Shown in pieces: positions 12,705 to 25,893 of a DNA stretch of 64,000 nucleotides; the stretch's first letter is position 1, and each line of letters opens with the position of its first letter. The DNA lies in NCBI GenBank assembly GCA_951406725.2, contig OX597814.1, positions 127,906,001-127,970,000 on the forward strand. Reading direction: 5' to 3'. A program made the translations under genes and the position numbers. The DNA is from Octopus vulgaris (Eukaryota). A model generated the notes under the pieces. That model was not told the origin of the DNA and did not search any database. It was given only the letters and a program-made list of their open reading frames with translations.

Positions 12705-12863
12705 TGCAGGAGTGGCTGTGTGGTAAGTAGCTTACCAACCACATGGTTCCGGATTCAGTCCCACTGCGTAACACCTTGGGCAAGTGTTTTCTACTATAGC
12801 CTTGGGCCGACCAAAGCCTTGTGAGTGGATTTGGTAGATGGAAACTGAAAGAAGCCCATTGTA

Positions 12864-12946
<83 letters not shown>

Positions 12947-12951
12947 ATACG

Positions 12952-12982
<31 letters not shown>

Positions 12983-13200
12983 ATATGTTTGTGTGTCTGT
13001 GTTTGTCCTCCCCAACATCGCTAGACAACTGATGGTGCTGTGTTTACATCCTCGGAACTTAGCAGTTCAGCATAAGATACTGATAAAATATGTACTAGGC
13101 TTACAAAGAATAAGTCCTGGGATCGATTTTCTCGACTAAAGTCGGTGCTCCAGTATGACCGCGGTCAAATGACTGAAACAAGTAAAAGAGTAAAAGAGTA
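12702..13200 (+). mobile_element. tRNA-derived SINE with CORE-like segment and internal (TA)n
   Basis: A-box gtggctgtgtggtaag, B-box-like ggattcagtccc, accttgggcaagtgt, tail gactgaaacaagtaaaagagtaaaagag. Fragments also at ~421-477, 14835-14975, 19240-19386, 29902-29960, 35285-35410, 35968-36070, 51200-51357, 53410-53570. Confidence 0.9.
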
Positions 13201-13545
13201 ATATGTAAATAAATAACAAACGATGGATATGTGTCAATTCATTACACCTGTTTCCAACGAATTTTTTAATTGATAAACGAGTACATTATATCATTATAAA
13301 AAAACATTTTCTTCAGAGGAATACATGAACCATACAATTATGGACATTTAAGAAACATTTAAAATCCACAGCATGTGGACACATGTGGGAAGTGGGTATT
13401 TAAGATTTATAGTCTTGAAGGGGGTTAGTTGATATATATATATCAATACATATGCATATATATGTATGTATATACATAGATGTGCTTGTATATATATATA
13501 TTCTTTTACTTTTTTTTTACTTATTTCAATCATTTGACTGTGGTC

Positions 13546-13655
<110 letters not shown>

Positions 13656-14194
13656 GATGTGTCGCCCGTCTTTGGCCAAAGCATTTATCAAATTCAGTGC
13701 TATGCATGGTTGGCTGTAGGAAGGTTAATCCATCTATAGAAACTATTCCAAAGCAAACAGCTGGGTTTGGTGCAGTCATGTGACTCACCAGTTCCTGTTG
13801 AACCGTCCAATTCATGTCACCATGTAAAACGGATGTTGAATGATGATGATGATGATGTATGGCATAAAATTCTAGAACCTTGAGTAACTTCCATAATATT
13901 TTTAGTTAATAAAAAACATTCTATATATAATTATATCATCATCATCATCATCATCATCGTCATCAACGTCATCATCGTCATCATTTAATGTCTGCTTTCC
14001 TTGCTGGCATGTGTCAGACGGTTTGACTGAAAACTGGTAAGCCAGGGGTGAGGTGGGGTGGGAGCTGCACCAGATTCTGGTCTGATTTAACAAGGTTTCT
14101 ACAGCTGGATACCCTTCCTAACACCTACCACTCCGAGAGTGTAGTGGGCATTTTTTATATATGCTATATGTTCATTCATTCATTATCATTGTCC

Positions 14195-14415
14195 ATTAAC
14201 ATTTAAACTGGTCATATTTGGCCCAAATATTCTACAAATTTTATGTTCAAACTACCCATATCTGGCCTCTCACACCTATCCTACAATGTTGTTCTAAATA
14301 TAAACAATCACATCATCAAAATCTCAAAGTCATGAGTTAATGTAGGAATAATCTAAAATGATGTGAACAAATAAGCATTATGTTTGACAGAGAAATCTGG
14401 ATAGTAAAAGGTTAA
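14195..14415. mobile_element. piggyBac-type MITE, second copy in opposite orientation
   Basis: Reverse-complement similarity to 10567-10786; ends ...aaaggttaa. Confidence 0.75.
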
Positions 14416-14546
14416 GGCTTGAAAATCAAGCCAAAATTTAACATATAACCTCATGATGGTCTGTAACCCTGCACTCACATGTTTAGTGAGTACTTCATAA
14501 AATGTATATACATGTACATACATACATGCATACATGGCTATACATG

Positions 14547-14603
<57 letters not shown>

Positions 14604-15010
14604 TTATATATATGTATATATATATATATATATATATAGTGGAAGTTGACATGTGACTGAGTATGATCACTTCCTAGACCCATTTCACTCTCAGAATCAC
14701 CACAAGTTTTGTGTCCCTATTGCTGATGACATCTCATATGAGTTTTAACGCTTGCAAGGGACAAATTTTTCCCCACTGATCACTCACATATACACACATA
14801 TATGTATATATATATGTCTGTATGTGTGTATGTTCTTCCTTTGGCTTCCATCTACCAAATCCACTCACAAGGCTTTCATTAGCCTGGGGTTATAGCCATA
14901 GTAAGGCACATGCTCATGGTGCCACACAGTGGGACTGAACCTGAAACCACACATACACCTACATCTGTGGCTAATAGCTTCACTTACACTAAGACAACTG
15001 CATTCATGTC

Positions 15011-17387
15011 CAGTGGCAGATCTACAATATTGGGGCAGTGAAGCTTAAAATGTTATGAGGGCCCCCTTTACAACAGCAACAGTAGGATAACATCCAACAA
15101 GGGTCAAACAAAAAATTTTTGTGCCCTTGCAAGGAACTCCAGCTTGAGGCCCTGATAGCCCAAATGGTGGAGTTATGATGTGGGGTCCTTAAAAATGAGC
15201 ATGAAAGTGAGCCCGCTTTCCACTAGAAATGAGGTGTGGATAATCACCAATTTCCTTGTTGATGTGGTTGTTCCATGGTAGATCACTACAAATATTTTCC
15301 AGGCTATGCCTTATACTTTTAGAGTTATGGGGGTTGAAAATCAGTGAAGCGTTATATACATGCATGATGCATCATTATGATACATATGAAGATTACAAAA
15401 TACTCTTTTTTCTGTTTTTTTGTAGCAACAGTTTTGTCATATGACAGCTTCCTTGCAATGTCATTTTCTAGAGACAATATTCAATTTAAATGCTTTTCAG
15501 TCATGGTAGACCGAAATTTATTCTTAACAAAGGAAAGATGTGAGGAATTCCTTTCTTCTTCACGGCTTGTGATGGCCATTGTCAAGTACAGCTTATGTGC
15601 AGTGGTAATATTAATTGTTGCTCATAAATAAACTGAAGAACTTCTATGCATTGTATTTTAGCTGGTGTGTTTTCTTCTGTGTTCTGGTATTTCCTAATGT
15701 GTAAATACTCTTTGAACTGATAACACCCGTTTATTAATTTGTGGTCAATATCGTCTTAGTAATACAATATTATAAGTTTGATACTGTTCTCATCAAATTC
15801 TGAATTGTTCATCAGTTCTGAGAGAAACTTGAACCTTTTCACAATCTGCTCATATAGATCCATCCTCTTGCTTAACTGGATTATCAAGCAATCATAGACT
15901 TGTTTTAGAACTCCTAAATTTTTCAGCCCCTTTCAAAAAAGCCCAATCACTTGTTCCATCTGCAAATTCCTTTGTAACAATGTGTTTGGAAACATCAGAA
16001 TAATTTGAGGTGATATTTTCACATAAACCTTTTGCTACTGATTCATAGTGTGCAATCTTGTCGACTGAATTTTCTCGTAATTCTTTTACAAATGAAAGCA
16101 AAGATGCTATCAGAAGATAACCTTCAAATACATCAGAACCAGGGGTTTGGAGTTTCTTGTTTTGTTAAAACGCTCCATAACTTCTTCCCAAACGACTGTT
16201 AAAACAGTATATTCCAATTTTATCAACTTGCAGTATAAATTCTTTGCATCTCAATTAAATTCAGGCTTCGCTTCTGAGTCTTCAAACATATGTTTGAGAG
16301 TTTGTAAAATATCCCTATATCCATTTTTAATTGTCCAAACTGCTTCATAGTGTGCAGACCATCTAGTTATACTTAAGCTCTTTAGAGAAAAGGTTAGATT
16401 GCCCTGCTTGTTCAAAATCTCCCATCTGCAAAGGAGATTCAGAAAAGAAAACACAGCTGCTGCAAGATGCCAAAATAGTCAACAACTTCAGGTACAGTAG
16501 ACACTGCCTTTTACCAAACAAGGTTGAGTGAATGGCTTGTACATGGTACATAGTCTGAATACCTGTTAATGTTTTTAAGAAGTGCTTGCAGCCTTTTCTC
16601 TGAGCCTTGATGCTGTAGTGCTGGTGGCATGTAAAAAGCACTATCCAAATGTGATCGATGCCAGGCCTGCCTGACTGGCTCCTGTGTGGGTGGCATGTAA
16701 AAAGCACCCACTACACTCTCAGAGTGGTTGGCATTAGGAAGGGCATCAAGCTGTAGAAACATTGCCAGATCAGATTGGAGCCTGGTACAGCCATCTGGTT
16801 TGCCAGTCCTCAGTCAAATCGTCCAACCCATGCCAGCATGGAAAGCAGACGTTAAACGATGATGATGATGATGATGATGATGAAGAATTGTTCATTTTGT
16901 ACAAGGTGATATTCAAACAATTTTCAAAGTAGAAAAAATGCTTTGTTACTGAACAGATTGTAAATCCAAAATTAGGAGGCAAACCCTTTCATTGGTCATT
17001 ACATAATGTAGTGAAAATAAGAATTCTTATCTCTACCATGCTGATGTAGTAGTAGATATATTTGATGATGGAGGGGCAGAGCTGAAGCTTCCAAAGTAAT
17101 TCAAGTAAAGCGAATTATCTGCGAGTCGTTTGTACTTTTAATTTTTATGCTACTCCACATTGGCAGAAACAGTAGGTGAACAACTCATGGCTAGGCACTG
17201 CGTGTTTAGACTCTGAGTAGGAGTATGATATGATGTCCACTCTGACTGGTAACAACAATCTGCATGGCAAAATACAAAAACAAAAAAATTGATAGAATGA
17301 AAAAATTAAGTTGCTTCAGAAGGGCCCCTCCAGGATTAGGGGCCTTGAAGCTTAAGCTTCATTAGTTTTATGGTAGACCCATCACTG
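15011..17387 (-). mobile_element. hAT DNA transposon, internally deleted and degenerate
   Basis: TIRs cagtggcagatctac / gtagacccatcactg; 8-bp TSD ttcatgtc/atcatgtc; transposase motifs YVPCTSHSLNLV and LKSLSITRWSAHYEAV. Confidence 0.9.
16610..16884 (+). mobile_element. RTE 3' tail inserted in the hAT element
   Basis: Same conserved tail with (GAT)n. Confidence 0.85.
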
Positions 17388-17544
17388 ATCATGTCACTGG
17401 AAAATAAGCCAAACCAAACCAAATGAAATCAAAAATACAGCGAATTTCTATTAGGAATGGAACCAGTGTAATATTGTACTAGTGAGTGATAATCCAATGG
17501 AAAAATATTTTCTTTGGTTTGATCAGAGGAAATTGGTTATAGTA

Positions 17545-17860
17545 AAGGGTTGTTGCTGTTGTTTAGCTCTGTGTTAGCTCTGAGTGAGTAAAGTCAAGAA
17601 TGAAATATATTCCAGTCATAACCATACAATTTTCTTTAAAAAAAGTATAATCAACATTGCATAATTAACATAGCATTGCTCAATATATCCTTTCTTTTTG
17701 AAGTGGGAAGTTGTAATGTGAGGGAAATTTGACTGCTATTTCTAGCTGGTTGAACGACCGTTTAAAGATTCCCTCAATGGTTTCTTTTATCTGATAAGTT
17801 GTTATTTACTCCCAGGTCAGCCTTGACCGAGCATATCTATGATCAAAGGCATTCCAACAG
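17545..17860 (-). mobile_element. Old SINE-like repeat with (CAA)n tail, two fragments
   Basis: Related to 24700-24940, 58625-58695 and 62590-62660 (...tgacctgggactaaacaacaac). Confidence 0.5.
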
Positions 17861-18777
17861 CAGCTGCTGCTGTTGTTGTTGTTGTTCCTTCCTTCCTCCT
17901 CCTCCTCCTCTTCCATGAATTCAATTTACATCTAAGATGCCAAAGTGAAATATGAAATGCCCCAGTATAAGGATGAGAGGCAATGTGCCGACCGCAATGG
18001 GATTTGAACTCAGAACGTAAAGCACCAGAACTAAATACCACAAAGAATTTCTTAGCCAAAATATAATTTCCTGCTTTGAAAGTAAAAAAAAAAAAAAAAA
18101 AGAAACTGCGAATGTTTTAATGTCAGTTGTTGACTTCTCAGTTCTTATTTTGTAGCTGAGATAAACAGGTTTTTGTAATTTGAAGACAGAGCACATTTTG
18201 TTCTGGTCTGCATCAGAATATTACAGGATCTTCTGTCAGACCGTTACCCACTCAGTGAATGACTTGGTACAGTTTTGTATGAGAAACTGTTTGTTTGTGT
18301 TACTAACTGCTGCATCCATACTGTTGTGGGCTGGATATGATTTACTACTTAAAGGGTCTGTCTGTATAAAGATATCAACCATATACCAGACTTTATTAAC
18401 TGGTAATGAAACAGTAAATGTGTATAGTTTTAATAGAAGTGAAAATAAAATTTCGTATTGACACTGGTCAGACTGCACTTCATGCATGTCCTCATCCACT
18501 AAGTATATAACACAAGCAACGCACAGCAAGGAGAAAGAGACAAAAATAAGATAATGTGTATTAACATCTTTTTTTAAAAACGTTCAATGACGTTAACTGG
18601 AATGTGGGGTTCGAGTAGACATTATTCCACTTTTTCATTTCTCATTACCATTCTTTTCATTTGCTTTCATTTTTTTCCCCATTTTTGTGTTTTGGCTGTC
18701 CTTGTGCTGTCCCCTCTGTGTTTCAACCCTGTGTGGTTAATAAAAAAATCAAGTTGTCAGGTATGTATATGTATGTA

Positions 18778-19010
18778 AGGTAGAGAGCTGGTAGAAATGT
18801 TAGCATGCTGGGTGAAATGCGTAGCCGTATTTCGTCTGCCGTTATGTTCTGAGTTCAAATTCCGCCAAGGTCGACTTTGCCTTTCATCCTTTCGGGGTCG
18901 ATAAATTAAGTACCAGTTACGCACTGGGGTCGATCTAATCGACTTAATCCGTTCATCTGTCCTTGTTTGTCCTTTCTGTGTTTAGCCCCTTGTGGGTAGT
19001 AAAGAAATAG
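18778..19010 (+). mobile_element. tRNA-derived SINE with Meta-like domain
   Basis: Near-identical to 62315-62545. Degenerate copies at ~25010-25220, 25330-25530, 25905-26350, 33740-33820, 48770-48880, 51070-51190. Confidence 0.88.
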
Positions 19011-19569
19011 GTATGTATATGTATGTGTAGTTGTGTATGTGTGCATGTGTATAGTATGTCTGCCTATAGTATATCTGCATTTTTGTAAGCAGTGTAAATT
19101 AACGAAATAGAAGAATATGTACAGAGAGACAAAGAATTTAATATTTTGCCTTCCAACCTTGCAACTGTTGTGATAATTATTAACTGGTAATGGAACAGTA
19201 ACTGTATTATTTTAAAGGAAATGAAAATAAAATTTCATATTTCTGTCTACTAAATCTGCTTGCAAGACTTTGTTCAGCCCAAGGCTATAGTAGAAGACAC
19301 TTGCCCAAGGTGTCATGCAGTGGGAATGAACCGGGAACCATGTTGTTGGGAAGCAAACTTCTTAGCACACAATCACACCTGCACCTTTAACAATGTAATG
19401 ACAGTATAAGAAAAAAACTCATAGTCATCACTAACGAATAAGTATGACTTGGTAATATGTACCATGATGTCGTTAATGGAATTTGATGTCTCTATGGTTG
19501 CAAACAGAAAACAGACATAAATACCTTTTCAACCCTCTCGTCTTTGACCCAACAGAACATTAAGGATGT

Positions 19570-19730
19570 GATAGCAACATCAGCACTTTGGTTGATACTA
19601 ATTATAGGTGAATAGACTGTAATAATGTGAAATGAAGTACCTTGTTCAAAGACACAATGTACCACCTAATCTAGGAATCAAACCTATGACCTTATGATTA
19701 TAAACCCAACATGCTAACCACTAGGCCAGT
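19570..19730 (-). mobile_element. tRNA-derived SINE, third family
   Basis: Minus strand tggcctagtggttagcatgttg...ggtttgattcc; similar copy at 62095-62270. Confidence 0.7.
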
Positions 19731-20459
19731 AAGTAACTATACACAGAAAGAGGAGGTTGTCAGTATGAAGAGGCTTAAATTGGGCAGTAATTACGTAAGA
19801 GGAAAACTATCAACATCTAGAGGTCAGGGTGGACAGTGCTGATATAGAATAATATAGGGTAAGGAATAAGATAGCTAATAAGGACAGAGCAGAAAGGGAT
19901 GGGTGAGGGAGGAAAGTATAACTATGTGGGACTTACCCTTAAATACTGCTTCTTCCTTCCCAACATTGTAACAAAATCTGAATATTGTTGTTATTACAGT
20001 TTTATATTACTGGCTCTTTAGTTGTAATTAAGGCAAGCAGGGTTTCAATTTTGATGCGTAATTTAACATATGCTCACACATGTACAAACATGTACACACA
20101 CATATGCATGCACTCTCACACATAGGTACATGTAATATATATGTGTATACACATCCATAAGCATTAGCTTATTGATACAGATGCACCACATAGATTGAGG
20201 TCAATAAGCATACAAGCACAATCAACATTTTGTTGGAGTCAGATAAGAGTTTCATTAAATTACTTCTATAGTAACATTTATCTACAATGAGTCTTCATTT
20301 ATCAGTTTGCGTTGGTCATAGTTAGCCTGACATCATTCAAACTCTCCCTGTTGCTCTTTCTCTTTGTTGCTCTCTCTCTATTGCTCTCTCTCTCTTTCTT
20401 TCTCTCTGTTGCTCTCTCTCTCTTCTTGTGACATGTCTAGTGATCATGGATCTCCATCT

Positions 20460-21000
20460 CAAAAAATCAAAATCAAATTTGATGACTGGCATCCGTGCTA
20501 GCCGGGTGCAAAGAACACCATACGAGTGTGATCATTGACAGAGCGGCTAACCGGCTTCTGTGTCAGTGGCACTTAAAAGGCACCATTCGAGCATGATTGT
20601 TACCAGCGTCACACTACTGGCACTTGAGCCCCGTGCTAGTAGGGTGCTAAGAGCACCATCCGAGCGTGATCATTACCAGAGCAGCTACCTGGCCTCCGTG
20701 CCGGTGGCACGTAAACAACACCGTTCGAGCATGATTGTTACCAGCATCGCCTTACTGGCACCCGCACCAGTGGCATGTGTAAAAGATTCCAGCGAGGTTG
20801 TTGCCAGTGCTGCCTGACTGGCCCCATGCTGGTGGCACGTAAAAGCACCCACTACACTCTCGGAGTGGTTGGCGTTAGGAAGGGCATCCAGCTGTAGAAA
20901 CTCTGCCAGATCAAGATTGAAGCCTGGTGCAGCCATCTGGTTCGCCAGCCCTCAGTCATACGTGCAACCCATGCTAGCATGATGATGATGATGATTATGA
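20460..21000 (+). mobile_element. RTE-tail element with tandem ~60-70 bp subrepeats
   Basis: Repeated caccattcgagcatgattgttaccagc units followed by the conserved tail. Confidence 0.85.
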
Positions 21001-21370
21001 TTTTTCTTCTGTAAGAAGTAGCAGTGATTACTCATTGCCTTCTGTTTATTTATTTACAATTTATTCTATTACCCCTTTGCTCTTCTGAGCTTACCTTACC
21101 CTTAAGGTACAGGGTCTATTTAACTCTTAAGCAGGGGAAATGGTTAACATGACATCAGGGATGTGCACATACCAGTGGATCTGTATGATATGTGTCTTGA
21201 GGTCAGCCCGCCTTGAGTCCTGTACATTAGCAACTGGACCATCTTCTTAACCGAAGCCTTGAACAGCTACTATCAGAATGGTGATAGGAGTAACTCTACA
21301 CTCTTCAATATTACTGAACTCCCAAGCTAGAGTCTCAACACTGGGTGTAATTCAATATCTTGCTCAGGAA

Positions 21371-21520
21371 TACTAGTGTAGCTAGAGTATCTGCTGTCTG
21401 GGGCAGCCCTTCTGTTCTCGCTCCCAAACTCCACAAAAAGCTCATAGTGTCTACAGCAGACCCAAAAGTGCCACCTGGGGTGGATCACCTCTACTCCCAC
21501 CCCGACTACCTATGCTAGTG
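21371..21520. mobile_element. 150-bp hAT-type MITE
   Basis: Perfect 8-bp TSD ctcaggaa (21363-21370 and 21521-21528); imperfect TIR tactagtgtagctag / ctacctatgctagtg. Confidence 0.75.
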
Positions 21521-21697
21521 CTCAGGAAGATGGTTGAAGATGGGGTTAGAGGTAAATATACTGAATAATGAACACGGGTGGAGGTGCAGTTGAAGGGAAA
21601 TACTTGGCTAAGGTGAGACATATGGGATTGGTTTAGGAAGGAGAATAGACCAGTAAGTAGTAAAATGATGCGCAAGATGTAGGAGCAGTGGACAGGA

Positions 21698-21842
<145 letters not shown>

Positions 21843-21854
21843 TATATATATATC

Positions 21855-22033
21855 GGAGACCTCCTTCTGTCATGACACAGACCATGGGATTGCACCTAGA
21901 AAGTTACCCTCCTAGACACAATGCTCGAGGTTGTTTATGGAAGACCAGCAGTCGTCCATGCATACCAGCCTCCCCTCTCCACGCCACAAGTGTTATCCAA
22001 GGGAAAGACAAAGGTCGATACAGCTTGGCACCC
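21855..22033. mobile_element. SINE/RTE-related repeat fragment
   Basis: ggaagaccagcagtcgtccatgcataccagcctcccctctccacgcc resembles an RTE-associated non-coding segment; recognised from memory only. Confidence 0.45.
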
Positions 22034-22980
22034 AAAAGGTGTAGAGCCTTGTTTGTTTTCCTGCTTACTAGAGCTTTGGTCATTCTTAAGTTTACTTTAA
22101 GGTTCTTTGACTGCAGGTCCTTTGACTCCACATGGAGTTTCTTTCCTCATTCTGTTACAGATTCCACCATGAGAATGAGATCATCAGCATATAGTAGTTC
22201 CCAAGGGCAGCCGGTATTAAATTCCTGTTATGGCCAGGAGGACAGTGATGAAGGGAGTGAGAACTGAGCCTTTATGAAAACCTACTTGTACACTAAATTT
22301 ATCACTGTACTCATAGCTAACTCTCACCTTACTGACTGAACCTGTACATGGCTTGTATTACTTTCACAAGCTATTCATACACTCCTAGCTTCCTCAGAGA
22401 CCACTATATTCCAGAGTGAGAGACTATTTAGAAGGATTTCTCATATCAAGGAATGCCAGGTACAATGCTTTACTCTTAGCTCAATACTGAAGTTGTCTGG
22501 CTAACAATATAGTGTCAGTAATACTCCGTCCAAGCACAAAACTGAACTGCATTTCATCTAATCTTGTTCTGTTTGTAATTTTGTTCCTAATTATGTAGGT
22601 TATAACTCTTTCCATAACTTTCATGACCTGATCCAGTAATATGATACCTCGTCATTGAAGAGTATACCTTCCCGAATAATTTGACTGTCTATATGGGCCA
22701 CTAGACTGTATTCTACCTCACCAGATATTTTAAACACCTCAGTAGTTATTCCTGGTCAACCAGGGGCATTCCCTGTCTTCATATCCTTAATTGCCCTATC
22801 TATTATTCTTCTGTCAACTAGGATAGCTGGTTCCACTGTTGGGTTCACATTGGAAAGATTCCTTTTCTCCATGCATACTCTACATTTAGCAACTTTTCAT
22901 AGTAGGACTTCCATACCTCTTTCTTTTCAGAGTCATTAAGTGCAAGCATGCCAGTATCCATTTGTACAAACTTCTCAATT
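22034..22980 (-). mobile_element. RTE LINE reverse-transcriptase fragment
   Basis: Minus strand ELLYADDLILM, LKVNLRMTKALVS, KDMKTGNAPG. Confidence 0.85.
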
Positions 22981-23149
22981 ATCTCTGATACACTGTTAAT
23001 AGAACTACAAAACCATAAAATATTATGATAAAAACATTTTCCATTTTAATTCAAATAACATTGGTAAAGATTAAAATAAATGGGTGGGCGAACATCAAAT
23101 GGATTTATGAGATAAGCCAGTACATTGGATAATGTACTCCTAGTTACAC

Positions 23150-23655
23150 TAAAAAGTAGATCGTATGATATTAATCGCCTGGAAACTGTTCAGCAACATG
23201 CAACCAAGAGAATACCCTCCATCAGGCATTTGCCATATTCTGAGCGCCTTACTTCCCTGGGCATGGATACATTGAAGCTCTGATGTCTGGCAACTGACTT
23301 GGCAGACACCCATAAAATTATTAACCATCTTACTAACAATAGCTCTGAGCACTTTTTCAAACTCCACCTGTCTAACACCTGTGGACATGTTTACCAAGTC
23401 AGAAAACAGCACAGCTCCCATGACTTTCGGAAACATTTTTTCACGCTAAGAGTTGCTGAAGTATGGAACAAACTGCCGGCATCAGTTGTTAGTTGTCGGA
23501 GCAGTGCATCCTTCAAAACTTCCATGATGATTTTCTCCCCTCCATACACACATAAGCATGTATCTGACTCATGCAGTGTTCGCTTTCCAGACATTTTATA
23601 TTACTGCATATGCTTTATACGCACTTTTGACAAGTTGTGGTGCACCTGAGCACTC
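23150..23655 (+). mobile_element. CR1 LINE 3' end
   Basis: INRLETVQQHATKRIP..LPYSERL..FFTLRVAEVWNKLPASVV. Confidence 0.9.
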
Positions 23656-23889
23656 TCTTTACCCTCTTACTCTTTTACTTGTTTCAGTCATTTGACTGCG
23701 GCCATGCTGGAGCACGACCTTTAGTTGAGCAAATCAACCCCAGGACTTATTCTTTGTAAGCCTAGTACTTATTCTATCGGTCTCTTTTGCTGAACTGCTA
23801 AGTTACGGGGATGTAAACACACCAGCACCAGTTGTCAAGCAATGTTGGGGGGGACAAACACAGACACACAAACATATACATACACATAC

Positions 23890-23935
<46 letters not shown>

Positions 23936-24108
23936 GCATATATACAACGGGCTTCTTTCAGTTTCCGTCTAACAAATTCACTCACAAGGCTTTGGTCGTC
24001 CTGAGGCTATAGTAGAAGACATTTGCCCAAGGTGCCACTTAGTGGGACTGAACCTGGAACCATGTGGTTGGTAAGTAAGCTACTTACCACACAGCCACTC
24101 CTGCGCCT
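23656..24108 (-). mobile_element. Full-length CORE-like tRNA SINE
   Basis: Reverse complement of the 12702-13200 family. Confidence 0.9.
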
Positions 24109-24238
24109 ATACATGGATACAATAATTTCATTATTATTATATTATGGTGAGAACATCCTTGACTTTTGGTCTGTGCTAGATTAGAGAGGACCTGTGTCTA
24201 AGCAACAATAAACACCAACAACTACAGCAACAGCAACA

Positions 24239-24636
24239 ATGGCCCAGTGGTTAGGGCAGCGGATTCATTTTATGGGTGTCTGCCAAGTCAGTTGCCAGAC
24301 ATCAGATCGGGCGTTGTGTGTGTTTATTGACCAAAAACATCTAAAGCTCCACGAGGCTCCGGCAGGGGGTGGTGGCGACCCCTGTTGTACTCTTTCGCTC
24401 CAACTTTCGCTCACGCTTTCTTCCTGTTTCTTGTCCCCGACTTCCTACACAACTGCTGAGCCTGGATGCACATTCAACCATCCATCGATGCTCTCGGTGT
24501 CGGGGGTTGACCTGTTTTCTCTTCTGCGGGTCTTACAAATAGAAAAGGACCACGTTTCGGACTTCTCCCACTACAGAGGTGCGATCTTATGAGCTCTGAG
24601 ATGAAGACTGCTTTGCTCAACAAACAAACAAACAAA
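24239..24636 (+). mobile_element. tRNA-derived SINE with (AAAC)n tail; head interrupted by a CR1 fragment
   Basis: A-box tggcccagtggttagg; tail caacaaacaaacaaac. Confidence 0.65.
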
Positions 24637-24902
24637 GCAGCAGCAACAACAACAGCAACGATAATGACAACAACGACAACAACAGCAGCAGCAGTAGCAG
24701 CAGCAACTGCATTGAATGGATCCTTTCTCAGTTTTGATGAGAGGATTCAATGGTTTCAACTGAACTATCTGCTCATTAAATTAACGTGGAAGTAGCTGAG
24801 TATACCATGGATATGTGAAACACTCTGAGAAATCTTTCAGGTTGAACCATAACTGGCATGTTTTTTTATCCCGAGTCTGCTTGATCAGAGCTGACTCCAA
24901 GC

Positions 24903-24999
<97 letters not shown>

Positions 25000-25223
25000 A
25001 CAACAACAACAACAGTTTCAAATTTTGACACAAGGCCAACAATTTCGGGTGAGGGGATGAGTTGATTACATTGACCTCCAGTGTGCAACTGGTACTTATT
25101 TTATTAACCCTGAAAGGATGAAAAGTAAAGTCAACCTCAGCAGAATTTGAATTCAAAATGTAGAGAAATGCCATTAAGTATTTTACCTGGCACTCTAATG
25201 ATTCTGTCAGCTTGCACCTTACA

Positions 25224-25320
<97 letters not shown>

Positions 25321-25540
25321 ATAATAATTCTTTCTAAGTGTGGAACAAGGACAACAGTTTCAAAGGGATGGGGCAAGTTGATTATGTTGATTTCAGTACT
25401 TGACTGAAACCTTATTTTATTGATCCTAGTATGACAAAAATCATAATTGGTCTTGGTGGGATTTCAGCTCAGGTTGTGAAGAGCAGGAAGAAATATTGTG
25501 CTCTGATAGTGCTCTGATAATTCAGCCAGCTCACAATAGT

Positions 25541-25893
25541 AACAAGAGCACTCAGAGAGTGCAAACACCAACGTCCTCTCAATGCTTAGATGGAGATGAT
25601 TTTTAAAATGAGAATATCTGAAGTAAACTCGACTGCTCTCACGAGAATACTACAAATGATCCCAACCACTCTCAAAAATTAAGTAAAAAAAAACTGGAAA
25701 AATAATCCAGAATCCTTGTCTGGTACCAGATTGATCCCAAAATCTAACAAGTTCATGCCAGTCACGAGGCCAAACATCCCTGAAAGTTTCATCCAAATCC
25801 ATCCAGTGGTTCTTGAGATATCTTGCCCACAGGCAAACAAACAAACAAACATCACTGAAAACAATACCGCTGCCTTTGCTAAGGCAGAGGTAA
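25541..25893. mobile_element. Non-autonomous DNA element (Helentron/HINE- or Crypton-like)
   Basis: Termini aacaagagcactcagagagtgc and ...aaggcagaggtaat; internal (CAAA)n. Confidence 0.55.

Noticed and set aside
12702-12780. tRNA-like sequences at SINE heads
   Set aside because: A and B boxes are present but there is no complete cloverleaf, and they continue into SINE bodies
18180-18529. Overlapping 93-aa and 97-aa ORFs in unique sequence
   Set aside because: No motif or homology recognisable; lengths are compatible with chance
20500-20850. Regularly spaced repeats resembling a CRISPR array
   Set aside because: Degenerate tandem subrepeats of an RTE-tail element in a eukaryotic context, with no unique spacers or cas genes
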